In this document: one piece after another, positions 42,901 through 55,337 of the stretch
Layout of the letters: the number at the start of each line of letters is the position of its first letter
Position numbering within the stretch: position 1 is the first letter of the stretch
DNA from: Mitsuokella multacida
Lineage (GTDB): Bacteria; Bacillota; Negativicutes; Selenomonadales; Selenomonadaceae
Assembly: GCA_047831595.1 (NCBI GenBank)
Contig: CP181253.1
Location: 1,555,112-1,619,111 of the forward strand
Length of the DNA: 64,000 nucleotides
Reading direction: 5' to 3'
The notes under the pieces: generated by a model
The model's input: the letters and a program-made list of their open reading frames with translations, nothing else
Databases searched by the model: none
Told to the model about the DNA's origin: nothing
Program-made: the position numbers and the translations under genes

Positions 42901-44286
42901 TCATTTGCCAATGCAGAACTTGCTGAAAATCTCATTGATGATATCTTCCCCGACCGTCTCCCCCGTAAGCTCGCCGAGTTTTTCCCAGGCAGAGCGCAGG
43001 TCGATGGAGATAAAATCGAGGCCCATATCGGCCTCAATCGTGCGAATGGCAGCGGCGAGATGCTCATCGGCCTGGCGCAGGACTTCGGCCTGACGTGCAT
43101 CCGTGACAAAGGAACCTTCCTGCCCTGCCTGTGTACCGGCATAAACCTGTTTCGTAATTTCTTCCGTCAGAGCATCCAGACCATCTTTCGTGCGCGTCGA
43201 TATCGTGATGACCGGCACCGTCTTCTTGACGCGTTCATGCAGGATTTCCGGCGTCACCACCAGCGTGAGGTCGTCTTTGTTGAGCAGCAGGATAGCATCG
43301 CGCCCCTTGACGAGCTTCAAGATTTCCGCGTCTTCCTCATCGAGCGGCCGCGAAGCATCAAAGAGCGCGAGAATCAGCGCGGCTTCCTTGACATAGGAGC
43401 GTGCCTTCTCCACGCCGATGCGTTCGACCACGTCATCGGTTGCACGGATGCCGGCCGTATCAATGATGCGCAGGGGAATGCCGCCTACGTTGGCGTATTC
43501 TTCAATGGAATCACGCGTCGTGCCCGGAATCTCCGTGACAATGGCCCGTTCTTCCCTGAGTAAGGAATTGAGCAGGCTCGACTTGCCGACATTCGGCTTG
43601 CCGATGATAGCCGTCAGCAGACCGTCGCGAAGAATGCGGCCGGCATGAGCCGTCTTGAGCAGGCTGGCAATTTTGTTGCGTAGCTCAACCACATTTTTCT
43701 GGATATCATACGTCAGTACATCATCGACTTCTTCCTCAGGGAAATCAATCGCCGCTTCGATATGCGCAATCATCCCAAGGATATCGTGGCGCATCTCCTT
43801 GATGAGTTTGGAAAAGTGGCCCGTGAGATGGCCTGCCGCCATCGTCAGCGACGTTTCGGTCCTGGCCTTGATGATATCCATGACGGCCTGGGCCTCAGAA
43901 AGGTCAAGACGGCCGTTGAGGAACGCTCTTTTCGTGAATTCGCCGCGTTCCGCAGGACGTGCTCCGGCCTGCCACGTCAGTTCCAAAGTTTTGCGCAGCG
44001 TCATGAGGCCGCCATGGCACTGCAGCTCGACAACATCTTCCACCGTATACGAATGAGGCGCCAGCATGACCAGGGCAAGGCATTCATCAATAATCTGCCC
44101 TTTTTCATCCACAATATGACCATAAACTGCATGATGACTGCCGGCCATGACCAGCGGCTTGCCATTAGCAGCACGAAAAACCCTGCCCGCTGTCTTTAAG
44201 GCATGTTCCCCGCTGATGCGGATAACGCCAATGCCGCCTTCGCCCTGCGGCGTGGCAATTGCACTGATTGTATCTCCCTGCTGCAT
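42901..44286 (-). CDS. mnmE: tRNA modification GTPase MnmE (TrmE)
   Basis: ORF trimmed to ATG 44286 (AAGGAAGGAAAG RBS). DTISAIATP.G.GGIGVIRISG, GKPNVGKSSLLN, DTAGIR and the C-terminal FCIGK motif are present. Confidence 0.95.
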   Translation of the reverse strand: MQQGDTISAIATPQGEGGIGVIRISGEHALKTAGRVFRAANGKPLVMAGSHHAVYGHIVDEKGQIIDECLALVMLAPHSYTVEDVVELQCHGGLMTLRKTLELTWQAGARPAERGEFTKRAFLNGRLDLSEAQAVMDIIKARTETSLTMAAGHLTGHFSKLIKEMRHDILGMIAHIEAAIDFPEEEVDDVLTYDIQKNVVELRNKIASLLKTAHAGRILRDGLLTAIIGKPNVGKSSLLNSLLREERAIVTEIPGTTRDSIEEYANVGGIPLRIIDTAGIRATDDVVERIGVEKARSYVKEAALILALFDASRPLDEEDAEILKLVKGRDAILLLNKDDLTLVVTPEILHERVKKTVPVITISTRTKDGLDALTEEITKQVYAGTQAGQEGSFVTDARQAEVLRQADEHLAAAIRTIEADMGLDFISIDLRSAWEKLGELTGETVGEDIINEIFSKFCIGK

Positions 44287-44453
44287 ACTTTCCTTCCTTT
44301 CTCTTTTTTCTTCGTTTCTTCCTTGCTGCATATACATAATCCCGGCCTCTTCAGCCGCAAATCACAAAATGCATAAACAAAAAGGGCCCACTCCCAGAAG
44401 GAGAAAGCCCTTTCACAGCTCTCTTTATCATATGGTCTGACGGGCAGGAAGTA

Positions 44454-45284
44454 TTATTCTTCCTCATTTTCCCGATAGCGGCGGCCCTCCGCACGACGGC
44501 GGCGGCGCGGCACGATGACCACGTAGCGGCGCGGCTCTTCGCCGGCGCTGTACGTCGTAACCCTGCGGCTGTCCTGCAGGGCCATATGAATGATTTTGCG
44601 CTCATGGCGGTTCATCGGTTCAAGATGAATCTCCTGACCGATGCGGCACGCCTTTTCTGCCAGATGGCCGGCAAGGCGCGACAGCGTTTCCTCGCGGCGG
44701 GCACGATAGCCCTCGACATCAAGAAGCACATGCAGACGGTTCCCCGAAACGCCGCGGTTCGCGGCAAGATTCGTCAGATACTGCAGAGCATCGAGTGTCT
44801 GCCCATGCTTGCCGATGAGAATGCCAAGATTCTCACCTTCGAGCTGAAACAGTACGCCTTCTTCCGTCTCGGAACGCTGCAGGCTGACAGGGATATGCAT
44901 CGCCGCAAAGATTTCTTCAAGAAATTTCTTTGCGCGGACTTCCTGCTCTTCAAGAGAAACGGCCTGTTTCTCCTCAGAAACTGCAGGCTTATCCTCATCT
45001 GCCCCGCTCTCAGTACCGGTTTCCTCAGCCTCTTCAGCCAGATGCGTCTCAAGCTCTATCATATCTGCCGAAGGATCTTCAGCCAGCGGCGCGGCAGCCG
45101 CTGCATCCTCTTCCTGACGGACGCGGATGCGTGCCGGCTTACGGCCGATGAGGCCAAGAAAACCGCGCGATGGCTGTTCAATCACCGTATACTCCAGGCT
45201 GTCTGCCGCGCAGCCAAGCTCAGCAGCCGCTGCGGACAGGGCAGCCTCAACGGTTTTTCCCGTCCATTCCATGGTTTCTGCCAT
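44454..45284 (-). CDS. jag: Jag/KhpB-type RNA-binding protein (Jag_N + KH + R3H domains)
   Basis: A C-terminal R3H block (LEPMNRHERKIIHMALQD..VTTYSAGEEPRRYVVI), in conserved yidC-jag context. The start is ATG 45284, just after the yidC stop codon. Confidence 0.85.
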   Translation of the reverse strand: MAETMEWTGKTVEAALSAAAAELGCAADSLEYTVIEQPSRGFLGLIGRKPARIRVRQEEDAAAAAPLAEDPSADMIELETHLAEEAEETGTESGADEDKPAVSEEKQAVSLEEQEVRAKKFLEEIFAAMHIPVSLQRSETEEGVLFQLEGENLGILIGKHGQTLDALQYLTNLAANRGVSGNRLHVLLDVEGYRARREETLSRLAGHLAEKACRIGQEIHLEPMNRHERKIIHMALQDSRRVTTYSAGEEPRRYVVIVPRRRRRAEGRRYRENEEE

Positions 45285-45285
45285 A

Positions 45286-45954
45286 TCAGGCAGCCTCCTT
45301 TTTCTTATCGTCATGACGATACATCCACCACTGCTGCGCAATCTGGACGATATTCATCGTTACCCAGTACAGCACGAGGCCGGACGGGAAGTTCAAGCTG
45401 ATCCAGCCGATGAAGAGCGGCATGACCGTCATCATGATCTTCATCTGCTGATTCATTTCTGTCGTCGTCTGCTTCTGCTGCAGGAACGTCGTCAGGGCCG
45501 AAAGGACCGGCAGGATGTAGTACGGGTCCGGCTCCGACATCGTCGGCAGCCAGAGGAAGGCAGCCGATTCCGGCGTCGGATACGTGAAGTTATACAGGGC
45601 GTAGTACATGCCCATGAGGATTGGCATCTGCACGAGCAGAGGCAGGCAGCCTGCGAGCGGGTTGACACCGGCTTCTTTGTAAAGTGCGCCGACTTTCTGC
45701 TGCATGACCTGAGGGTTGTCCTTATACTTCTCCTGGATTTTCTTCATCTTCGGAGAAAGTTCCTGCATCGCCTTCATCGACTTAACCTGCTTGACCGTCA
45801 GCGGGTACAGGATCATCTTGATGAGGATCGTCAGGAGAATGATGGCCACACCGTAGCTGCCAAAGCCAGCCACATCCGTGACATTATAGAGTGCCTGCAG
45901 GACAATGTGCAGGAGATTCTCGATCGGTTCGAATATTGTTCCAAAGAAACCCAA
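45286..45954 (-). CDS. yidC: Membrane protein insertase YidC/Oxa1 family (short Firmicutes type)
   Basis: ..ILLTILIKMILYPLT.KQ.KSM..MQ.L.PK...IQ.KYK..PQ....GCLP.L.Q.PI.. pattern. Apparent TTG start at 45954. Confidence 0.85.
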   Translation of the reverse strand: MGFFGTIFEPIENLLHIVLQALYNVTDVAGFGSYGVAIILLTILIKMILYPLTVKQVKSMKAMQELSPKMKKIQEKYKDNPQVMQQKVGALYKEAGVNPLAGCLPLLVQMPILMGMYYALYNFTYPTPESAAFLWLPTMSEPDPYYILPVLSALTTFLQQKQTTTEMNQQMKIMMTVMPLFIGWISLNFPSGLVLYWVTMNIVQIAQQWWMYRHDDKKKEAA

Positions 45955-46024
45955 TGTATCACATCCTAATCTTCATAAATATAACAGATATCATAAGTTT
46001 TCACAGCAGACTGCCGAAAAGCAG

Positions 46025-46237
46025 TCACGGTACAGGATCATAGCCGCCCTTATGAAAAGGATGGCAGCGCAGGATGCGCTTGAGGGCCAGCCAGCCCCCG
46101 CGCCGGGCGCCGTAACGTTCGATTGCTTCGAGAGCATATTCAGAACACGTCGGGACATAGCGGCAGGAAGGCGGGAACATCGGCGAAATGAAACCGCGAT
46201 AAAATCGCACCAATAAAAGGAGTACCGTCTTCAACAT
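46025..46237 (-). CDS. yidD: Membrane protein insertion efficiency factor YidD
   Basis: [55 protein letters not shown]. The ATG overlaps the rnpA stop codon (TGATG). Confidence 0.9.
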   Translation of the reverse strand: MLKTVLLLLVRFYRGFISPMFPPSCRYVPTCSEYALEAIERYGARRGGWLALKRILRCHPFHKGGYDPVP

Positions 46238-46668
46238 CAAGACCTCTTTCGCTTTGCGGCACAGGCTTTGTGCTGGCCGCCATGACGAGCCACGAGTTCC
46301 TGTATATCCTTGAGATTCTTCGCATCCTTGAAGATGCCGGCTTTCTCGCCAAGACGCAGGAAAGCTTTCTCGACCTCCGGACATTTGGCATCCACCATGG
46401 CCTTGCGGCCGACGAGCAGCAGTGCTGCGTCCTCGCGCACACGGTCCTGATGCAGCCGGTACGTCTCGCGCAGCAGCCGCTTGACACGGTTGCGCGTGAC
46501 AGCACAGCCAAGTTTCTTGCCAGCAGCAAAGCCAACGCGGCCGCGCACCGCATCGGACGGAAAGACGTACAGCACGAAGTACCGGTTCGCAAAAGACCGT
46601 CCCGCGCGGTATACGCGCTGAAAATCACTGTGCTGCTTGATGATCCGTCTTCTCGGTAAGGTAAGCAT
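46237..46668 (-). CDS. rnpA: Ribonuclease P protein component
   Basis: ..[22 protein letters not shown]....F.LY......R.GF...KK.G.AV.RNR.KR.LRE. The start is probably ATG 46668; the track start is 46689. Confidence 0.9.
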   Translation of the reverse strand: MLTLPRRRIIKQHSDFQRVYRAGRSFANRYFVLYVFPSDAVRGRVGFAAGKKLGCAVTRNRVKRLLRETYRLHQDRVREDAALLLVGRKAMVDAKCPEVEKAFLRLGEKAGIFKDAKNLKDIQELVARHGGQHKACAAKRKRS

Positions 46669-46749
46669 TCGCATTTCCCCAAAAATCAACTGAAAAATAA
46701 AACGAGTAAAACATAAGCAAAAAAGGCCACCGAAGTGACCTCATCCGAT

Positions 46750-46884
46750 TTATGCCGAAAGCTTCTTTCTGCCGCGCTGGCGTCTTCTCTTCAGAACGAG
46801 ACGGCCGCCTTTCGTCTTCATGCGCTCACGGAAGCCATGGGTCTTCTTTCTCCAATGGTTGTTCGGCTGGAAAGTCTGTTTCAT
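46750..46884 (-). CDS. rpmH: 50S ribosomal protein L34
   Basis: Hand translation gives [44 protein letters not shown] (44 aa), with a GGAGG RBS. It is below the ORF-track length cutoff. Confidence 0.95.
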   Translation of the reverse strand: MKQTFQPNNHWRKKTHGFRERMKTKGGRLVLKRRRQRGRKKLSA

Positions 46885-47025
46885 ATTACGTAACACCTCC
46901 TTCGCTTATTTTCTGAGACTAATTGGCTGTATAGAAGCATAGTATCAGAATTTTAACTATGTCAAATTATAGACTACGGACTCGCGGCCTGTCAAGGATT
47001 TTCCCTTGTCTTTTTCCCTCAGGCC

Positions 47026-47258
47026 TGTGGATATTTTTCGGCCGATTCCGGCTTGCCCACAGAAAAACTGTTGATAAGTCCCGTTACTTTTGATAAGATA
47101 TTGTTGATTATTGTGCGGAAAACCCCATTGGTGCCCTGCGAGGCAAGGCTCGTAAAGATAAGATTCCGTCCACACTTCCCGCCTCTATCCCAGGGAATCT
47201 CTGTAGTTATCCACAGCTGTGGATAAAAATGTGGATAAAATTATGCACCTGTGGAAAA
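47026..47258. other. oriC: oriC part 1: DnaA-box cluster upstream of dnaA
   Basis: Perfect TTATCCACA boxes at 47207..47215 (+), 47218..47226 (-) and 47230..47238 (-). Degenerate boxes: TGTGGATAT 47026..47034, TTGCCCACA 47053..47061, TGTGGAAAA about 47250. Confidence 0.8.
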
Positions 47259-47297
47259 AGTTTCTACATATTCTTATAGCAGGAAAGGATTTTTTTC

Positions 47298-48761
47298 ATG
47301 GAGCAGACACAGCTGCAGGCTGCCTGGGAGCATATCCTCACCAAAATGAAGGAAACTCTCGCTGAGTCAGCCTTCAAGTGGTTCTCGTCGGTCAAGCCGC
47401 TCTCCCTGACCGATACCGAATTTGTCCTCAGCGCGCAGAACGAACTGGTAAAGGAATGGATCACCAGCCACTACCTCACGATCGTCGAAGATGCTGTCAG
47501 TGCTGTACTCGGCACCAAGCATAAGGTAGTCTTTGAGGTCCTGCCTCCCGCAGCCGCCCCCGAACCTTCTTCTAAAGAAGCTGATGGCAGCGCGGAAGCG
47601 AAAAAAGCAGAAAGCACGGCGGCCGCACATGCCGGCAGCCGCAAAAAAGAGAATCCCAACCAAGGGACGCTCTTTCAGGAACAGCCGCCCGCAGCCGTCG
47701 ATACCGGCGATATGCACATTGTCGCCCCTGGCGACCGTTCATCGCTGAACCCGAAATATACATTTGAAACGTTCGTCACGGGCAGTTCCAACCGTTTTGC
47801 CCATGCCGCGGCTATGGCCGTGGCCGAATCGCCAGGCAAGGTGTACAATCCCTTCTTTATGTACGGCGGCGTCGGGCTCGGCAAGACCCATCTGATGCAC
47901 GCCATCGGCAACCGCGTGCTGCAGAATCATCCGGAAATGCGCGTACTCTATGTCTCGAGTGAACAGTTCACAAACGAGATCATCCGCGCCATCCAGGAGG
48001 GCAAAGCCGAACTCTTCCGTCAGAAGTACCGCACCATCGATGTCCTAATGGTCGATGATATCCAGTTCCTGTCGGGCAAGCAGAGTACCCAGGAAGAATT
48101 CTTCAATACCTTCAATGCCCTGCACGTGGCCGACAAACAGATCATCCTGTCCTCCGACCGGCCGCCGCGCGAAGTCCAGAAACTTGAAGACCGCCTGCGT
48201 TCCCGTTTTGAGGGCGGCCTCATCACGGATATTCAGGCCCCGGACCTTGAGACACGCATTGCCATCCTCAAGAATAAGGCCCTTTTAGACCACGTTGACG
48301 TGCCAAACGACGTCCTGATGTTCATCGCCAACCGCATCGACAGCAACATCCGTGAACTCGAAGGCGCCTTGACGCGAGTCGTAGCCTACGCATCCCTCAT
48401 CAAAAAACCTGTGACGACCGACGTTGTCGCCGAGGCCCTCAAGGATGTTTTTCCGAACAACCATAAGAAAGAGGTCACGCTCGAGGTCATCCAGGAAATC
48501 GTCGCTTCTTACTTCAAGATCCGCATCGAAGACCTTCATTCCAAAAAACGCACGCGCAGCATCGCGTTCCCGCGCCAGATTGCCATGTACCTCTGCCGTG
48601 AGCTCACGGACACGTCCCTGCCGCAGATCGGCAATTTCTTTGGCGGCCGCGACCACACGACGGTCCTGCATGCCTATGACAAGATTTCCACAGAGCGGGA
48701 AGAAAATGCCAAGCTTCATAAGATCATCAAGGACCTGATCGACAGCATCCAGAAGATGTAA
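47298..48761 (+). CDS. dnaA: Chromosomal replication initiator DnaA
   Basis: 487 aa, with AAA+ motifs ([32 protein letters not shown]) and the C-terminal DNA-binding helix (..[16 protein letters not shown]). Confidence 0.97.
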   Translation: MEQTQLQAAWEHILTKMKETLAESAFKWFSSVKPLSLTDTEFVLSAQNELVKEWITSHYLTIVEDAVSAVLGTKHKVVFEVLPPAAAPEPSSKEADGSAEAKKAESTAAAHAGSRKKENPNQGTLFQEQPPAAVDTGDMHIVAPGDRSSLNPKYTFETFVTGSSNRFAHAAAMAVAESPGKVYNPFFMYGGVGLGKTHLMHAIGNRVLQNHPEMRVLYVSSEQFTNEIIRAIQEGKAELFRQKYRTIDVLMVDDIQFLSGKQSTQEEFFNTFNALHVADKQIILSSDRPPREVQKLEDRLRSRFEGGLITDIQAPDLETRIAILKNKALLDHVDVPNDVLMFIANRIDSNIRELEGALTRVVAYASLIKKPVTTDVVAEALKDVFPNNHKKEVTLEVIQEIVASYFKIRIEDLHSKKRTRSIAFPRQIAMYLCRELTDTSLPQIGNFFGGRDHTTVLHAYDKISTEREENAKLHKIIKDLIDSIQKM

Positions 48762-48777
48762 AAGCCCCCACAGGGTA

Positions 48778-49010
48778 CGTGGATAACCATGTGGACAAGC
48801 CTCTGAATTGCCTGTAGATACATTGTGGATAACACGAAGGGGAGTTTATCACTGTGCATACTGTGGATAACCTCCCCTATTCTTATGAACAGGTTGTCCA
48901 CAGCTTCCTGTGATGAATGCCAATGGGCCGCGTGACTTATCCACTTTTCCACACGGCCTACTACTACGTCGGCTATTTATATAAATATTTTAGTTATATC
49001 ATAAAAACAA
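48778..49010. other. oriC: oriC part 2: DnaA-box cluster and AT-rich unwinding region between dnaA and dnaN
   Basis: Boxes: CGTGGATAA 48778, TGTGGACAA 48790, TGTGGATAA 48834, TGTGGATAA 48862, TTGTCCACA 48894, TTATCCACT 48937, TTTCCACAC 48946. They are followed by the AT-rich tract GGCTATTTATATAAATATTTTAGTTATATCATAAAAACAAA (about 48970..49010). Confidence 0.8.
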
Positions 49011-49027
49011 AGAGAGGGCGCCAAAAG

Positions 49028-50140
49028 ATGAAAATCACATGCAATAAGAACGAACTCAACAATGCCTTGCAGATCGTGACCCGAGCCGTGGCCAACAAAC
49101 CGCAGACCCCCATCCTTTCGGGCATTTTCCTGAGAGCAGAAAATAACATCTTAGAGCTCCAGGCCACCAATTATGAAATTGGCCTCGTTGCCCGCATCGA
49201 AGCGGAAATCGAAGAACCGGGAGAACTGACCACCGCCGGACGTTATTTCCAGGAAGTAGTCCGCAAACTGCCAGGAGAAAGCGTCAGCATCGCCATTGCC
49301 CCAGAAGAAAATATCGTTCATATCCAGTCCAACATGGCAAAATTCACACTGCTTTCCATGAACGCAGCGGAATTCCCTGTTCTTAAGCCACTCGAAACCG
49401 ATGTATCGTTCTCCATCAAAGACAATATCCTCAGAGACTTAATTAAGAAAACGGTCTTTGCCTGCAGCACGGATGATTCCCGTCCAGTTTTCACGGGCTG
49501 TTCTTTAGAAGTCACGGAAAACAAAGTCACGATGGCAGCGACAAACACACATCGTCTCTCCGTCAAGTCAGAAATGCTCAACGAAGACATCGGCAACATC
49601 AAGGTCATCATCCCCTCCCGCATTCTGCAGGAACTCGTCCACAACATGTCTTCCGACATTCCGACCGATGTAAAGATTGCCTGCACTTACAACCAGATCA
49701 GTTTCTCGTTTGACAATCTCTACATGACTTCTCGCCTGATTGAAGGCCAGTTCCCGAATTATCAGGGCGTCATCCCGCCGGAATTTGCTACGCATGTCAC
49801 GGTAGATACGGCAGCCTTCAATGCTGCGGTTGACCGCATTTCCCTGATTTCAAGATCCGGCGTCTACAACATCATCAAGCTTGACTTTGCAGAAAATCAG
49901 ATTCACATCACCTCGAACAACCCGGAAATCGGCAATGCCGAAGAGTATATCCCGGCAGAGATTGACGGTCCGGACATCGCGATTGCCTTCAATGCCCAGT
50001 ACATCATCGATGTTCTCAAGATTATCGATACGAAGACCTGCCGCATCGGTCTCAATCAGCCACTCTCCCCTGCTTCGATTCAGGAGGCGGAAAGCGACAG
50101 CTTCGTTTATGTCGTAACGCCGGTCCGCACGAATCATTAA
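49028..50140 (+). CDS. dnaN: DNA polymerase III beta sliding clamp
   Basis: ORF trimmed to ATG 49028. MKITCNKNELNNALQIVTRAV..PILSGIFL.. About 370 aa, in conserved context. Confidence 0.95.
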   Translation: MKITCNKNELNNALQIVTRAVANKPQTPILSGIFLRAENNILELQATNYEIGLVARIEAEIEEPGELTTAGRYFQEVVRKLPGESVSIAIAPEENIVHIQSNMAKFTLLSMNAAEFPVLKPLETDVSFSIKDNILRDLIKKTVFACSTDDSRPVFTGCSLEVTENKVTMAATNTHRLSVKSEMLNEDIGNIKVIIPSRILQELVHNMSSDIPTDVKIACTYNQISFSFDNLYMTSRLIEGQFPNYQGVIPPEFATHVTVDTAAFNAAVDRISLISRSGVYNIIKLDFAENQIHITSNNPEIGNAEEYIPAEIDGPDIAIAFNAQYIIDVLKIIDTKTCRIGLNQPLSPASIQEAESDSFVYVVTPVRTNH

Positions 50141-50275
50141 TCTTGACATCATCCCATATTTCAGTTTGACTTTTCCACACGAGCTCCGGCAAATTTCCTG
50201 CCGGGGCTTGCTTATACACATTTTTACGCTTTTGCGATACATTCATCTGGCCACAGACAGCAGAAAGGAATTATC

Positions 50276-50503
50276 ATGAACATTGAAGAAGTCGCCATTG
50301 ACACCGAAGAAATCCAGCTCGACCAGTTCCTCAAATGGGCCGGTGTTCTCGCTTCCTGCGGAGAAACGAAGGCCCTGATTGCCGAACGCCGCATCAAGCG
50401 CAACGGCGAGGTCGAATCGGCCCGCCGCCGCAAACTTCATGACGGGGATATCGTCGAAGTCGAGGGGCTCGGTGCCTGGAAGGTCACGCATAAGAAAGGC
50501 TGA
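50276..50503 (+). CDS. yaaA: S4-domain RNA-binding protein YaaA-like
   Basis: 75 aa. ..IQLDQFLKWAGVLASCGETKALIAERRIKRNGEVE..RRKL.DGD.V.. It sits between dnaN and recF as in Bacillus. Confidence 0.8.
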   Translation: MNIEEVAIDTEEIQLDQFLKWAGVLASCGETKALIAERRIKRNGEVESARRRKLHDGDIVEVEGLGAWKVTHKKG

Positions 50504-50510
50504 AAACTGA

Positions 50511-51620
50511 ATGTATGTTCGCTCTTTAAAGCTCAGAAATTATCGGAACTATAATGAGCTTGACCTGACACTGCAGCCGGGCATCAACATTTTCCTCGGT
50601 CCGAATGCTCAGGGCAAGACGAATATCATCGAAGCCATCTACTATGCCTCGCTCGGCCATTCCCACCGCACGCATCAGGATGCGGAGCTCATCTTCTGGC
50701 AGGCAGATGAGGGCTGCGTCATCATCGATTTTGACCGGCGCGGTGTGACGAATCATCTGGAATTCCAGTTCAGTCGCACGAAACGGCGCCGCATTCTCCT
50801 CAATGAGCATCCCATCCGCCTCAAAGAACTCATTGGCAGCCTCAACACTGTGCTGTTTTCTCCTGAGGACCTGTTCCTCATCAAGGGAGCGCCGGCAGGC
50901 CGCCGGCGTTTCCTCGATGGGGAGATTTCGCAGGCAAGCCCTGCCTATTACCATGAAATCGTCGAATTCAACCGCATCCTGAGCCAGCGCAATTCCCTCT
51001 TGAAACGCATCCGTGAAAGACGGGGCGATGCTTCTATGCTGGAGCTCTGGGATGTCCAGCTCGTCAAAAGCGCGCAGAAGATTGTCGCGAAGCGCCTTGA
51101 AGCCGTGCGCAAGCTCAACATGCTCGCGAATCTCATGCAGCGGCGTATCTCAAGCGACCAGGAGAATCTGACAGTCTCTTATGACATTCACGGCTGGGAG
51201 CCGCAGAAAAGCGGGGACATGACAAAAACGTTTGCTTCATGGTATAATGAAATACTGAGGAAATCTCAGGAAACGGACATCCTGCGCGGTTCGACAAGCT
51301 ATGGACCTCATCATGATGACCTCGTATTGACGGTCAATGGCATCAATCTGCGCACGTTTGGCTCACAGGGACAGCAGCGCACAGGCGTGCTCTCCCTGAA
51401 ACTGGCGGAACTGGAATTTCTGCGCTCCGAGACGGGGGAATACCCCATCCTGCTCCTGGACGATGTCATGAGTGAACTCGACGTCAAGCGCAGGCAGCAG
51501 CTGCTGCAGTTTATCCGGAAAGAGCGTATCCAGACGCTCATTACGGCGACGGACGCGGCTTATTTCCCGAACGAACACATGGGAACGTATTATCAGGTCA
51601 GGAATGGCCGTATCCTCTGA
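50511..51620 (+). CDS. recF: DNA replication and repair protein RecF
   Basis: LKLRNYRNY..INIFLGPNAQGKTNIIEAIY Walker A, FGSQGQQRT signature and LLLDDVMSELD Walker B. Confidence 0.95.
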   Translation: MYVRSLKLRNYRNYNELDLTLQPGINIFLGPNAQGKTNIIEAIYYASLGHSHRTHQDAELIFWQADEGCVIIDFDRRGVTNHLEFQFSRTKRRRILLNEHPIRLKELIGSLNTVLFSPEDLFLIKGAPAGRRRFLDGEISQASPAYYHEIVEFNRILSQRNSLLKRIRERRGDASMLELWDVQLVKSAQKIVAKRLEAVRKLNMLANLMQRRISSDQENLTVSYDIHGWEPQKSGDMTKTFASWYNEILRKSQETDILRGSTSYGPHHDDLVLTVNGINLRTFGSQGQQRTGVLSLKLAELEFLRSETGEYPILLLDDVMSELDVKRRQQLLQFIRKERIQTLITATDAAYFPNEHMGTYYQVRNGRIL

Positions 51621-51655
51621 GATAGGATTTTCTTCCCCGCTTGGGAGGTGGACTG

Positions 51656-52672
51656 ATGGCAAAACGCACACCGGGGCTTGAGAAGGTGGTCAGCATCATC
51701 CCTAAGGCCATCCATGAGCTCGGCTCCAAACAGGAAAGAGAGTATTATCAGCATTGGGTGCTCTGGCACTGGGCTGACATCGTCGGCGAGGTATATGCCA
51801 GAAATGTCAAGGCCCTGCGCATCCGCCGGCAGACTCTTTACGTCTACTGCCGTGATTCTGTCTGGGGCAGCGAGACACGTTTCCGTATGCCGCAGATTAT
51901 CCAGCAGGTCAATAATTATGCCGGCACGAAGATGATTAAGGACATCAAGCTTTCCCAGCCCTGGGACGAACAGGATGAAGAGGGCGATGTCAAAGCGCCG
52001 GAGGATGAAAAAAAGGCAGCTCCTCCCGAAAAGCCGGAAATCCATGTTGGACGCGAGCGGGCGAAAATGCCATTGACGCCGGCGGAGCTCAGCGCTGCAA
52101 AGAAACTGAGCCGGGGAATCGAAGATGAAGACCTGGCCCTGAAGATACGTGAGCTCTACCGCAAGAACCGGCAGATGAACAAGCTCAAGGCAGCGAAGGG
52201 CTGGCATCCCTGTGCCGTGTGCGGCAGCCTCTGCCCTCCGGAGACTGAGATATGTCATCGCTGCGAGAGCCAGCGGCAGGAAAAAATCAGGGAACAAATC
52301 CGTACCGTCCTGCGCGATATCCCCTGGGCCCGCTGCAAAGAGGTCAAGGAGTACGTGCCCGAGTGCACGCCGCGTCTCCTCAATGAGCAGCGGGCTGCCC
52401 TCGTACAGCTGCAGGCATCGAAAGTTGCTGTAAACGACCGCCAGAGCATGGAGGCAAAGACTCTTGTCATGCTCTACCGCTGCCTGCCGCCGGAGCATCT
52501 TACGGAGGATGCCATCAACCGCGCCCTTTACGAGCTGCGTTTCAATATGTACTGGCCGCCGGATTTCAAGACGCCTAAGCGCTATGAAGTCATTCCGCTG
52601 CGCCATGCAAAAAAGCGCCAGTACGGCAAAAAAAATCAGGAAAATCAACAGGATGACAGTCAGGGCGGCTAG
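51656..52672 (+). CDS. DUF721 (DciA-like) domain protein with a long C-terminal extension containing a CxxC..CxxC zinc ribbon
   Basis: The N-terminal ~110 aa (..YYQHWVLWHWADIVGEVYARNVKALRIRRQTLYVYCRDSVWGSETRFRMPQIIQQVNNYAGTKMIKDIKL) fit the DUF721 pattern (W..IVGE.IA..T.P..L....L.V.V.SS.W..EL). The remainder includes HPCAVCGSLCPPETEICHRCES. The start is ATG 51656 after a GGAGGTGG RBS. Confidence 0.65.
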   Translation: MAKRTPGLEKVVSIIPKAIHELGSKQEREYYQHWVLWHWADIVGEVYARNVKALRIRRQTLYVYCRDSVWGSETRFRMPQIIQQVNNYAGTKMIKDIKLSQPWDEQDEEGDVKAPEDEKKAAPPEKPEIHVGRERAKMPLTPAELSAAKKLSRGIEDEDLALKIRELYRKNRQMNKLKAAKGWHPCAVCGSLCPPETEICHRCESQRQEKIREQIRTVLRDIPWARCKEVKEYVPECTPRLLNEQRAALVQLQASKVAVNDRQSMEAKTLVMLYRCLPPEHLTEDAINRALYELRFNMYWPPDFKTPKRYEVIPLRHAKKRQYGKKNQENQQDDSQGG

Positions 52673-52717
52673 TACGGCCCCCAAAATGGGCCGGAACGTC
52701 AGAAAGGATGATTTGAT

Positions 52718-55068
<2,351 letters not shown>

Positions 55069-55084
55069 TTTTTTGACTTTTCGC

Positions 55085-55113
55085 TTGTCAAATGCACGGA
55101 TTTGTGCTATATT
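55085..55113 (+). promoter_or_regulatory. Promoter (TTGTCA-17-TATATT) for the Mn riboswitch / terC unit
   Basis: TTGTCA at 55085..55090, a 17-nt spacer, then TATATT at 55108..55113. Confidence 0.55.
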
Positions 55114-55134
55114 GAGCTTACAAGATACGTAGAT

Positions 55135-55272
55135 ACTTCCACAGGGGGAGTAGCTGAACGGCTAGTATCGTCAGTACGGAGCAATCCCGGTACGGCCGGC
55201 GCAAGCAAGCAAGACCCTGCCCAGCCTGCGGTAGATGCACATGCATCGCGCAGAGTTCGGGCAGGGTTTTTC
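55135..55272 (+). promoter_or_regulatory. yybP-ykoY (Mn2+) riboswitch with intrinsic terminator
   Basis: The 5' block CAGGGGGAGTAGC and 3' block AGCAAGACCCTG match the conserved GGGGAGUAG / AGCAAGACC arms of the yybP-ykoY motif. The terminator ACCCTGCCC..GGGCAGGGTTTTTCG (to 55272) shares the P1 3' strand. The downstream gene is TerC-family, the classical context. Confidence 0.8.
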
Positions 55273-55337
55273 GTATATCTTGTAGAAATTAAGCCCAGAG
55301 AAGATATTCAGGGAATATGAGGGATTTTAGGGAGTGA

